Below, piece after piece: positions 10,303 through 16,544 of a stretch of 64,000 nucleotides of DNA (its first letter is position 1; every line of letters begins with the position of its first letter). Made by a program: the position numbers and the translations under genes. The stretch lies in sequence record MZ574431.2; one strand, 5' to 3'. The notes below the pieces were generated by a model. That model ran no database searches and was not told where the DNA came from. It saw only the letters and a list, made by a program, of their open reading frames with translations.

Positions 10303-11085
10303 ATGGCCATTCAGAACCTCCACTCCTTCACGACCGGCACGATCCCGAATCTGCTGCCGGGCATGCTCGCGATCAACATCCCCGACGATGTCTTCTGGAT
10401 TCGCAAGGATGGCCGTCGCACGCCGGTCAAGCTGACGGAGGTCCGCGAGCGCGCTGTCCCCGCCACGGGCCTTCCTGGCGCGCCCCTGGTGCGCGAGGGC
10501 GGTAAGGCTGTCTGGGACAACGCCCAGGCCCCTTCGAGCGTGGTCAACGGCGTCATCCGCGTTGACCTGCCGCCGGCCCCAGGTGTTTTCGCCATCCCTG
10601 GCGCCCAGATCAATGGCTTTGCCGCCGACAAGACCCTGGGCGTCAATGCGGTGGAGATCGCCCCGTTCTATGTGCGCTCCGACAGCGTCACCATCACCCA
10701 CCTGTCGGTCGGCATCAAGTCGGCAGCACCTGGGCCAGTGCGCATCGGCATCTGCGATAGCCTTGGCATCATCATCACCGATCAGTTGATCTCTTCGCCT
10801 GTGCAAGGCGCCAATGTCGTCGCCCTGGGCGCGCCGCGTCTCTTGCCGCGCGGCACCTACCGCACCATCCTCTGGTGCTCGGCGATCACCACCTTCGGCG
10901 TGGCCAACGCTGTCCAGCCGGAACAGGGCTGGAGCCTCAACAACCCCAGCCTCCTGTTCACCCGCGCCTATCAAGGCATCAAGGACATGAGCGCGGGCAT
11001 CGGCAGTCTGCCGGCCCTATCCTCGCGCAATACCTCCGAGCCGGGCCAGGACAAGATGGTCATGCTGCGCTGGACCGTGCCCTGA
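10303..11085 (+). CDS. Fibre-associated protein (260 aa)
   Basis: Starts 1 nt after upstream stop; IPNLLPGMLAINIPDDVFW motif; C-terminal module similar to C-terminus of 1354..9627. Confidence 0.75.
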   Translation: MAIQNLHSFTTGTIPNLLPGMLAINIPDDVFWIRKDGRRTPVKLTEVRERAVPATGLPGAPLVREGGKAVWDNAQAPSSVVNGVIRVDLPPAPGVFAIPGAQINGFAADKTLGVNAVEIAPFYVRSDSVTITHLSVGIKSAAPGPVRIGICDSLGIIITDQLISSPVQGANVVALGAPRLLPRGTYRTILWCSAITTFGVANAVQPEQGWSLNNPSLLFTRAYQGIKDMSAGIGSLPALSSRNTSEPGQDKMVMLRWTVP

Positions 11086-11088
11086 CGC

Positions 11089-11120
11089 AAAAGGGCGGCC
11101 CACTACAGGCCGCCCTTCCC
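11089..11120. terminator. Terminator hairpin between convergent genes
   Basis: AAGGGCGGCC-CACTACA-GGCCGCCCTT. Confidence 0.65.
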
Positions 11121-11151
11121 TGGTTGATGAAAGAGACGAAGAAGACCTGGA

Positions 11152-11511
11152 TCAGGTCTTGCCGGCCCCCGATCGCTCATGCAGCCAGGGCATGATGTCC
11201 TGACCCGTGAAACGGCTTCCCTGCTGACTCTTCAGGTCGTCCAACTGGTCGACCGAGACGCCCAGCGACTGCGCCACGGCGTTGCGGTCGTCGAACGAGA
11301 CGTCGAGGGCGTCCTGCTTGCCGAGCACCGAGGTCGACAACCCCCTCTGGAACGCCTGGACGATCTCGGGCGTGGCCTGGATCGTCTGGGTCTTGCCATC
11401 CGCCTCGATGGTGATCGTGGCGTTGGACGAGCCCGCGCCGCTGAGCGCTTGGAGCGCCCCGTAGGCTTGGACATATTGGGACTTGTCGGCCGGCAGATTC
11501 AGTTCACGCAT
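11152..11511 (-). CDS. Hypothetical protein (119 aa)
   Basis: GGAG RBS on minus strand, own TTGACG-N17-TAGCGT promoter (11600-11572), GC3-rich codons. Confidence 0.7.
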   Translation of the reverse strand: MRELNLPADKSQYVQAYGALQALSGAGSSNATITIEADGKTQTIQATPEIVQAFQRGLSTSVLGKQDALDVSFDDRNAVAQSLGVSVDQLDDLKSQQGSRFTGQDIMPWLHERSGAGKT

Positions 11512-11644
11512 GCGTAACTCTCCCTCAGGATCAGGACTGCGCCATCGACGCCAAAACAGCGCCTGAGAAGGACGCTATGCCCGGCCCAAACCGGCGTCAA
11601 CCGGCCAAAATGAAAAAATGACGCGTGTCAAGCACTACATCCCC

Positions 11645-11685
11645 GTGACGTAATTCTTGACATGGTTAATCCGTGAGCCTATCGT
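11645..11685 (+). promoter_or_regulatory. Sigma70-type promoter with phage upstream motif and CtrA-like half-site
   Basis: GTGACG-TAATTC-TTGACA(11657-62)-N17-TATCGT; ATGGTTAA (=TTAACCAT) at 11662-69. Confidence 0.7.
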
Positions 11686-11712
11686 GCGGCTCCAGACTTC
11701 AGGAGTGCCGCT

Positions 11713-12021
11713 GTGACTGTCCGTGTTTATGCCCCCGATGGAGAGCCGTTCGACATCCCAGCGCACCGGGAAGCCGATCTGCTGCTCTACAAGGGCTTCA
11801 GCCGGACGCCGCACGACCCCAACGCCGAGCCGATCGTCCAGGACGTTCCGGGCTACCGCGCGCTCAAGCAGCGCGAGTGGGAAGAACTCGAAGCCGAACG
11901 CGACTACATCGCCGGCCAAGAGATCGACTTTGGCGCGCTGCTGGGCGGTGAGCCGACCGTGCAGCCGATCGAGGAAGAACCCAAGCCCCGACCGCGTCGC
12001 CGCCGCAAGGCCGCCGCGTGA
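11713..12021 (+). CDS. Hypothetical protein (102 aa)
   Basis: AGGAG RBS, GTG start, overlaps next gene by GTGA; basic C-terminus. Confidence 0.7.
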   Translation: MTVRVYAPDGEPFDIPAHREADLLLYKGFSRTPHDPNAEPIVQDVPGYRALKQREWEELEAERDYIAGQEIDFGALLGGEPTVQPIEEEPKPRPRRRRKAAA

Positions 12022-12524
12022 GGGTCATCAACCTCTATGGCGGCCCAGGCGCTGGCAAGTCGACCACCAGGGCAGGCCTCTTCTATCAAATGAAGATGGC
12101 CCACCTCAAGGTCGAAGAAGCCCCTGAGTACGCCAAGGACCTGACCTACGAGAAGAACTGGACGGCCCTGTCCAACCAGTGGCTCGTGATCGGCGAGCAG
12201 AACCATCGGCTCAACCGCCTGCGCGGGCAAGTCGACTACGCCGTCAGCGACAGCCCTCTGCCGCTGGGACTGATGTTCGCCACCCCGGCCTTCCAGACCG
12301 AGTGGTTCTCCGATGCTGTCTGGGGTCTCTACGACACCTACGACAACGTCAACGTGTTCATCGAGCGCGTCCAGCCCTATCAGGCGTTCGGGCGCAATCA
12401 GTCGGAAGATGAGGCACGCCTGATCGACCGAAAACTACGCCACCTGATGCGCGACCGGATCGACCTCTACGTCCCTGGCGACGAGAGCGCTCCGGCCCGG
12501 ATCATGGGGTTCCTGGGCCTCTAA
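12018..12524 (+). CDS. P-loop NTPase, NadR/AAA_28-like kinase
   Basis: Walker A GGPGAGKST followed by EYAKDL and VSDSPL motifs typical of the phage NadR-like family. Confidence 0.75.
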   Translation: MRVINLYGGPGAGKSTTRAGLFYQMKMAHLKVEEAPEYAKDLTYEKNWTALSNQWLVIGEQNHRLNRLRGQVDYAVSDSPLPLGLMFATPAFQTEWFSDAVWGLYDTYDNVNVFIERVQPYQAFGRNQSEDEARLIDRKLRHLMRDRIDLYVPGDESAPARIMGFLGL

Positions 12525-12535
12525 GGCCCACCGGT

Positions 12536-12610
12536 GCGGCTATAGCTCAGTGGTAGAGCGCCTGCTTGCCATGCAGGAGGTCGAGGGTTCGAGCCCCTCT
12601 AGCCGCTCCA
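12536..12610 (+). tRNA. tRNA-Gly(GCC)
   Basis: GCGGCTA/TAGCCGC acceptor, anticodon arm CCTGC-TTGCCAT-GCAGG, TTCGA T-loop, U73, CCA. Confidence 0.95.
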
Positions 12611-12632
12611 TTCTAAGCACAAGGACAAGACT

Positions 12633-12893
12633 ATGAAATCGCGCGACTTCTGTTATTGGCTCCAGGGCCTGTTCGAACTGCAAAACCCCGTGGTGATCAA
12701 CGAGACCCAGACCCGCCTGATCAAGGCGCATCTGAACATGGTCTTCACCCACGAGATCGACCCCAGCTTCCCGGCCGCCCAGCAGGCGGCGTTGAACGCC
12801 GATCACGAGGCCGGCAAGAAGCCCGCGTCGAAGAACAACGGCTTCTTCGAGATTGTCGATTCGGGCCGCCAAGAAGGCCTCATGCGCTGCTGA
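12633..12893 (+). CDS. Conserved hypothetical phage protein (86 aa)
   Basis: AAGGA RBS; N-terminal FCYWLQGLFE...IKAHLNMVF pattern. Confidence 0.7.
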   Translation: MKSRDFCYWLQGLFELQNPVVINETQTRLIKAHLNMVFTHEIDPSFPAAQQAALNADHEAGKKPASKNNGFFEIVDSGRQEGLMRC

Positions 12894-12923
12894 CGCGGCG
12901 CCCACTTCCCAGGACAATTCATC

Positions 12924-13214
12924 ATGCAGACCGTCGACCTTCTGGGCGACGCGCCATTCTGCGCGCGTCCAGGCTACCATCTGCGCGACTTCCGCAAGGG
13001 CGTACTGGGCGAGGCCTCCAAGGTCCGTGAGGAGACCGAGGAGTTCCTGGACGCCGTCGAGCAAGGCTCGCTGATCATGGCGTTGGTGGAGCTTTCCGAT
13101 CTCCACGGCGCCATCGAAGCCTATCTGGCCAAGCATGCGCCGGGCGTCACCATGGACGATCTCGCCCAAATGTCCGCCATCACCAAAAGGGCCTTCCGTC
13201 ATGGACGTCGCTAG
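12924..13214 (+). CDS. MazG-like nucleotide pyrophosphohydrolase
   Basis: All-alpha acidic motif KVREETEEFLDA...ELSDLHGAI (EExxE...ExxD) characteristic of dimeric dUTPase/MazG fold. Confidence 0.6.
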   Translation: MQTVDLLGDAPFCARPGYHLRDFRKGVLGEASKVREETEEFLDAVEQGSLIMALVELSDLHGAIEAYLAKHAPGVTMDDLAQMSAITKRAFRHGRR

Positions 13215-13779
13215 CTGGAAACGCCTTTCGCAGGCGATCGAGTTCTACACCGCGCGCGGCTACACCTATGTCGACGCGCCCTGGGCCGTACGCCGGCCGG
13301 TCATGGACATGACCTGCCCGCGCCCCGATCTAGCCAGTCCTCTGGGCGAGAAGTTCCTGGTCGGTTCGGCCGAGCAGTCCTTCCTGGACCTGGAGATCGA
13401 CGTCCTGGGCAAGGGACGCTTCGTGGCCTTGACGCCGTGTTTCCGCGTCGCCGATGAAGGCCGCTCACCGCTGCATGACGGCTACTTCATGAAGGTCGAG
13501 CTTTACGCCAATCTCACCGAGAACCGAGGGCGTGTCCTCAATCGCATGATCGACGACGCCATGACCTGTTTCCGATCCTTCGGGGCCGGTGACCTGGACG
13601 TCTACAACACCTTCGAGCAGGACGCCAAGCTGACCCGCGACATCGTCATGCGCGGCGTGGAGATCGGCTCCTATGGCATGCGCACGCGTCGCCATCCCGT
13701 GCTCGACGAGGACCACACCTGGGTCTACGGCACTGGCCTTGCCGAACCGCGCTTCTCGCGCGCCCTCCAGCGCCTCTGA
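13201..13779 (+). CDS. Minimal class II aminoacyl-tRNA synthetase-like catalytic domain (192 aa)
   Basis: LVGSAEQSF, motif-2-like TPCFRVADEGRSPLHDGYFMKVELY, VEIGSYG, motif-3-like GTGLAEPRF; no anticodon-binding domain; ATG overlaps the MazG-like gene. Confidence 0.65.
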   Translation: MDVASWKRLSQAIEFYTARGYTYVDAPWAVRRPVMDMTCPRPDLASPLGEKFLVGSAEQSFLDLEIDVLGKGRFVALTPCFRVADEGRSPLHDGYFMKVELYANLTENRGRVLNRMIDDAMTCFRSFGAGDLDVYNTFEQDAKLTRDIVMRGVEIGSYGMRTRRHPVLDEDHTWVYGTGLAEPRFSRALQRL

Positions 13780-13794
13780 TTAGGATTTCACGAC

Positions 13795-13840
13795 ACGCTG
13801 TCGTAATCCTTGACAAGCACGAATTTCTGTGAGACACGTC
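13795..13840 (+). promoter_or_regulatory. Promoter of tRNA operon 1
   Basis: TGTCG-TAATCC-TTGACA (13810-15) matching the repeated phage promoter motif. Confidence 0.6.
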
Positions 13841-13845
13841 GCCTT

Positions 13846-13911
13846 ATGACCTTCTCGATCTTCCTTTTCCGAGAGACCGGCTCGCCGAGCCGAGATACCA
13901 GCGCCTCCTAG
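13846..13911 (+). CDS. Candidate leader peptide of tRNA operon 1 (MTFSIFLFRETGSPSRDTSAS)
   Basis: ATG near predicted TSS; contains one Glu and one Asp codon; alternative CGGCTCG/CGAGCCG pairings. Confidence 0.35.
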   Translation: MTFSIFLFRETGSPSRDTSAS

Positions 13912-13939
13912 GCTGCTGGTACGACGGCTCGCGCTATGT

Positions 13940-14016
13940 GGGCCTGTCTTCTAAATGGACTAGGAATCTCGGCTTTCAATCGAGCAATGCGGGTTCGAGC
14001 CCCGTCAGGCCTACCA
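13940..14016 (+). tRNA. tRNA-Glu(TTC)
   Basis: GGGCCTG/CAGGCCT acceptor, CTCGG-CTTTCAA-TCGAG arm, T-arm, CCA. Confidence 0.9.
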
Positions 14017-14040
14017 ACATCACGATCGAAAGCCACCCTG

Positions 14041-14116
14041 GGCTCTAGGGTGTGAAGGTTAGCAGCGCCGGCTTGTCAGGCCGGAGGAAGGGGTTCGAGT
14101 CCCCTTAGAGTCGCCA
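14041..14116 (+). tRNA. tRNA-Asp(GTC)
   Basis: GGCTCTA/TAGAGTC acceptor, CCGGC-TTGTCAG-GCCGG arm, G73, CCA. Confidence 0.9.
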
Positions 14117-14118
14117 TT

Positions 14119-14362
14119 TGCCCAAGCGGGCACATCCAATCGAAAGCGCCGGGCAAGAGACTTAGCGGTCTCCAAGCGCCTGGGTCGAGCCAAAAACGCA
14201 GGGGTCGTCGGGTCCGCAAGGACAGCCCTGGTCAGTGAGCGATGGCGGATAAGAAATGGGTCCCAACCTGCTGAAGGTGGTTGGCGCCGCCGAGGGCGTT
14301 ACCTCGGATTTCACGTGACGACACTGCCCCACTGGCTTTTGCCATGCGCGTCCGTTGCTCTA
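14119..14362 (+). ncRNA. Candidate structured ncRNA co-transcribed after tRNA-Asp
   Basis: No credible ORF; nested helices (GAGAC/GTCTC, CAGGG..GTCC-GCAA-GGAC..CCCTG, GAGCGATGG/CCGTTGCTC long-range helix, CCAACC/GGTTGG, CCGAGG/CCTCGG, TGGC/GCCA), followed by a terminator. Confidence 0.6.
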
Positions 14363-14405
14363 GGACCCCAGGACAGGCTAGCCCTCTCCTGGGGTTTCCT
14401 TTTTG
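14363..14405 (+). terminator. Intrinsic terminator ending tRNA operon 1
   Basis: CCCCAGGA...TCCTGGGG stem followed by TTTCCTTTTT. Confidence 0.75.
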
Positions 14406-14431
14406 TGGGACCCAAGAAATTTTTCACGGAT

Positions 14432-14474
14432 TCGTGCATCGTTTCTTGACATCCTCTTGAGCCTGTGTCATAGG
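14432..14474 (+). promoter_or_regulatory. Promoter of tRNA operon 2
   Basis: CGTTTC-TTGACA(14446-51)-N17-CATAGG. Confidence 0.65.
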
Positions 14475-14525
14475 CTCAATCCTCAACAGCCCAGATCGGG
14501 CTTTCACTCCGCCGGAACAAGGTCC

Positions 14526-14645
14526 ATGACCCGCATCCATACCACGCTGACGACCGCCAAGCCCGCCTCCACCGGCGCGCTTACGCTCGCCTCGTGGCCG
14601 GCGTCGAGCAAGCCGCTATTGCGGCACTCAGCGGTTCTCGCCTAA
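14526..14645 (+). CDS. Leader peptide of tRNA operon 2 (MTRIHTTLTTAKPASTGALTLASWPASSKPLLRHSAVLA)
   Basis: AAGG RBS; 33 of 38 non-Met residues are P/T/K/L/H/A/S/W, the amino acids of the 12 downstream tRNAs; overlaps antiterminator helix. Confidence 0.7.
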   Translation: MTRIHTTLTTAKPASTGALTLASWPASSKPLLRHSAVLA

Positions 14646-14700
14646 CAGGCGACCGCTCCGGGTGCCGCTTCTAAGCCGCACCCGATCTCTCCTCCGACAC
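14612..14700 (+). promoter_or_regulatory. Attenuator-like RNA switch of tRNA operon 2
   Basis: Segments 1 GCCGC(14612-16), 2 GCGGCACTC(14621-29), 3 GGGTGCCGC(14660-68), 4 GCACCCG(14678-84); 1:2, 2:3 and 3:4 pairings are mutually exclusive; tail after 3:4 is pyrimidine-rich, not a U-run. Confidence 0.6.
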
Positions 14701-14770
14701 ATCTTCCCAAAACGTCGTAGCTGAACCGGGTGCTCCTGATCTCTCAGGAGATCGCCATCTATTTCAGTTT

Positions 14771-14846
14771 CGGTGTGTAGCTCAGTTGGTAGAGCACGGG
14801 GTTTGGGACCTCGGGGTCGGAGGTTCGAGCCCTCTTGCACCGACCA
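14771..14846 (+). tRNA. tRNA-Pro(TGG)
   Basis: CGGTGTG/TGCACCG acceptor region, CGGGG-TTTGGGA-CCTCG arm, CCA. Confidence 0.92.
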
Positions 14847-14916
14847 ATTCGCCCTCCGCCGGCCTTAGGCCGGACCGCGATCGCTTGAGCGTCGGCGGAG
14901 GCGTGTTCTTTGTCGT

Positions 14917-14995
14917 GCCGGTATAGCTCAGTCTGGTAGTCAGCGACTGCCTCGTAAGCAGTAGGTCCGGGGTTCGAATCCTCGTGCCGGCACCA
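14917..14995 (+). tRNA. tRNA-Thr(CGT)
   Basis: GCCGGTA/TGCCGGC acceptor, ACTGC-CTCGTAA-GCAGT arm, CCA. Confidence 0.92.
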
Positions 14996-15039
14996 CCAAG
15001 AACACGATCAACAGAAGGATCAACAAGACACAGACTTTC

Positions 15040-15126
15040 GGGCGAGTAGCCGAGTGGTTAAAGGCACCTGACTCTTAATCAGGCGTGAGAAATCCTACGT
15101 GGGTTCGAATCCCACCTCGCCCTCCA
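15040..15126 (+). tRNA. tRNA with Lys(CTT) anticodon on a class II (long variable arm) body
   Basis: GGGCGAG/CTCGCCC acceptor, 3-bp D-stem, CCTGA-CTCTTAA-TCAGG arm, 15-nt variable region, U73, CCA. Confidence 0.85.
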
Positions 15127-15213
15127 TCGATAAAGACTTCCATGTTCCCGTACGGGAACATTTCGGCCAGGACAAGGGTCCTGGGATGGAAATGTTCCCG
15201 ATCGGGATCACGG

Positions 15214-15300
15214 GCGGGTGTGGCGAAGTTGGTAGCCGCGCGAGTCTCAGGTACTCGTGGTCGAAAGGCCGGGGAGGTTCGAATCCTCTCACCCGCACCA
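15214..15300 (+). tRNA. tRNA-Leu(CAG)
   Basis: GCGGGTG/CACCCGC acceptor, CGAGT-CTCAGGT-ACTCG arm, long V-arm, A73, CCA. Confidence 0.93.
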
Positions 15301-15312
15301 ACACTCCTCTGG

Positions 15313-15399
15313 GCGGCGCTGGCGGAATGGTAGACGCGCCGGCTTCAAGTCCCGTGTGTCCGTAAGGATGTCCGAGTTCGAATCTCGGGCGCCGCACCA
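15313..15399 (+). tRNA. tRNA-Leu(CAA), imperfect anticodon stem
   Basis: GCGGCGC/GCGCCGC acceptor, CCGGC-TTCAAGT-CCCGT arm (3 WC pairs), long V-arm, CCA. Confidence 0.8.
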
Positions 15400-15442
15400 A
15401 GACGAGGGTTGGCGATGGAAAGCGAAGGTCAAAGCGAGACGT

Positions 15443-15529
15443 GCGGAAGTGGCGTAACGGTAGCCGCGCCAGACTGAGTATCTGGTGATCTAAAGGGTCG
15501 TGGAGGTTCGAGTCCTCTCTTCCGCACCA
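15443..15529 (+). tRNA. tRNA-Leu(GAG)
   Basis: GCGGAAG/CTTCCGC acceptor, CCAGA-CTGAGTA-TCTGG arm (U37), long V-arm, CCA. Confidence 0.9.
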
Positions 15530-15564
15530 AACACAAGGAGAGGTAAGAGACAGATTTGGTTTGT

Positions 15565-15636
15565 GCTGAAATGGCCTAGCGGTAAAGGCGCTGCATTGTG
15601 GATGCAGACACGATGGTTCGAATCCATCTTTCAGTG
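15565..15636 (+). tRNA. tRNA-His(GTG), no G-1, no encoded CCA
   Basis: GCTGAAA/TTTCAGT acceptor (G1:U72), CTGCA-TTGTGGA-TGCAG arm; next tRNA starts 2 nt after position 73. Confidence 0.85.
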
Positions 15637-15637
15637 C

Positions 15638-15713
15638 GGGGATATAGCTCAGTTGGTAGAGCAGTTGCTTTGCAAGCATCAGGTCGTCGGTTCGAGCCCG
15701 ACTATCTCCACCA
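15638..15713 (+). tRNA. tRNA-Ala(TGC)
   Basis: GGGGATA/TATCTCC acceptor with G3:U70, TTTGCAA loop, CCA. Confidence 0.95.
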
Positions 15714-15778
15714 GACCAGGGGACCCAGGCTGCGGCGCCGGATCGGCGACCACCTGGGTCCGTGACAACAAGAAAACT

Positions 15779-15872
15779 GGAGGGCTGGCAGAGCCTGGGT
15801 TAATGCACCCGTTTCGAAAACGGGCAGGGGCTGAAAGGTCCCTCGGGGGTTCAAATCCCTCGCCCTCCGCCA
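15779..15872 (+). tRNA. tRNA-Ser(CGA)
   Basis: GGAGGGC/GCCCTCC acceptor, CCCGT-TTCGAAA-ACGGG arm, long V-arm, G73, CCA. Confidence 0.93.
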
Positions 15873-15891
15873 ACACCAAGCCGGCATCTTT

Positions 15892-15983
15892 GGAAGGATG
15901 GCTGAGCCGGCTGAAAGCACCCGCCTGGAAAGTGGGTCGACCTCACAAGGGTCGCGGGGGTTCGAATCCCTCTCCTTCCGCCA
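15892..15983 (+). tRNA. tRNA-Ser(GGA)
   Basis: GGAAGGA/TCCTTCC acceptor, CCCGC-CTGGAAA-GTGGG arm, long V-arm, G73, CCA. Confidence 0.93.
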
Positions 15984-16018
15984 GATACCGAGCCGGCGCG
16001 GATCGCCGGCCGAAGCTA

Positions 16019-16108
16019 GGTGGGTTGACCGAGTGGTAAGGTGCGCGGTTGCTAACCGCAGGTCAGCCTGGAAGGGCTGCGGGGGTTCGATCCCCTCACC
16101 CACCGCCA
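16019..16108 (+). tRNA. tRNA-Ser(GCT)
   Basis: GGTGGGT/ACCCACC acceptor, TTGCTAA loop, long V-arm, G73, CCA. Confidence 0.93.
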
Positions 16109-16123
16109 TAGCTTCGACGATGC

Positions 16124-16200
16124 AGGGGTGTAGCTCAACTGGCTAGAGCGTCGGTCTCCAAAACCGAAGGTTGCGGGTTCGAGTCCCGCCGCCCCTGCCA
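16124..16200 (+). tRNA. tRNA-Trp(CCA)
   Basis: AGGGGTG/CGCCCCT acceptor, TCGGT-CTCCAAA-ACCGA arm, G73, CCA. Confidence 0.95.
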
Positions 16201-16222
16201 ACATTTTCCGCGATTCAGGACC

Positions 16223-16501
16223 ATGACCAAGAAAGGAGGACCCCTGATGAAACCCGCACCCACTATGACCCAATGCCGCTTGACGCGCGGTGACCAGGGC
16301 GTCCAAGTCTCCTGGATTCCCAGCGAGTTCGCCCAGGTCGGCCGCATCGTCGATCTGAAGGAAAAGGACTACTGGTCCAACGGCTGGCGGGTCGACCAGA
16401 CCTGGGGCACCATGGACGCCAGCGTGATCGCCGATCGCAGTCGAGATCACCTCAACCACAGCAAGGCCACCGGCGATCGATGGCCCACCGCCCGCGCCTA
16501 G
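16223..16501 (+). CDS. Hypothetical protein at end of tRNA operon 2 (alternative start ATG 16247 has the stronger AGGAGG RBS)
   Basis: GC3-rich codons, RBS, followed by terminator. Confidence 0.7.
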   Translation: MTKKGGPLMKPAPTMTQCRLTRGDQGVQVSWIPSEFAQVGRIVDLKEKDYWSNGWRVDQTWGTMDASVIADRSRDHLNHSKATGDRWPTARA

Positions 16502-16504
16502 CGC

Positions 16505-16539
16505 AAAAAGGCCGCCCAGGTCTCCCTGGGCGGCCTTTC
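16505..16539. terminator. Bidirectional intrinsic terminator
   Basis: AAAAAGGCCGCCCAGG-TCTC-CCTGGGCGGCCTTT. Confidence 0.85.
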
Positions 16540-16544
16540 ACGTT

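Noticed and set aside
14119-14770. tmRNA (leader ends ...SAVLA*, like an SsrA tag)
   Set aside because: No tRNA-like domain (no T-loop, G3:U70 acceptor or CCA) in one-piece or permuted form; codon matching explains the ORF better.
15142-15211. LexA box
   Set aside because: GTTC-N8-GAAC fits neither the alphaproteobacterial GTTC-N7-GTTC nor GAAC-N4-GTTC.
14117-16018. tRNA-associated HDV-like (theta) ribozymes after tRNA 3' ends
   Set aside because: Could not build the nested double pseudoknot by eye from any spacer; not excluded without a motif search.
14628-16459. ORFs overlapping the tRNA array
   Set aside because: They lie across clear tRNA cloverleaves and lack codon bias.
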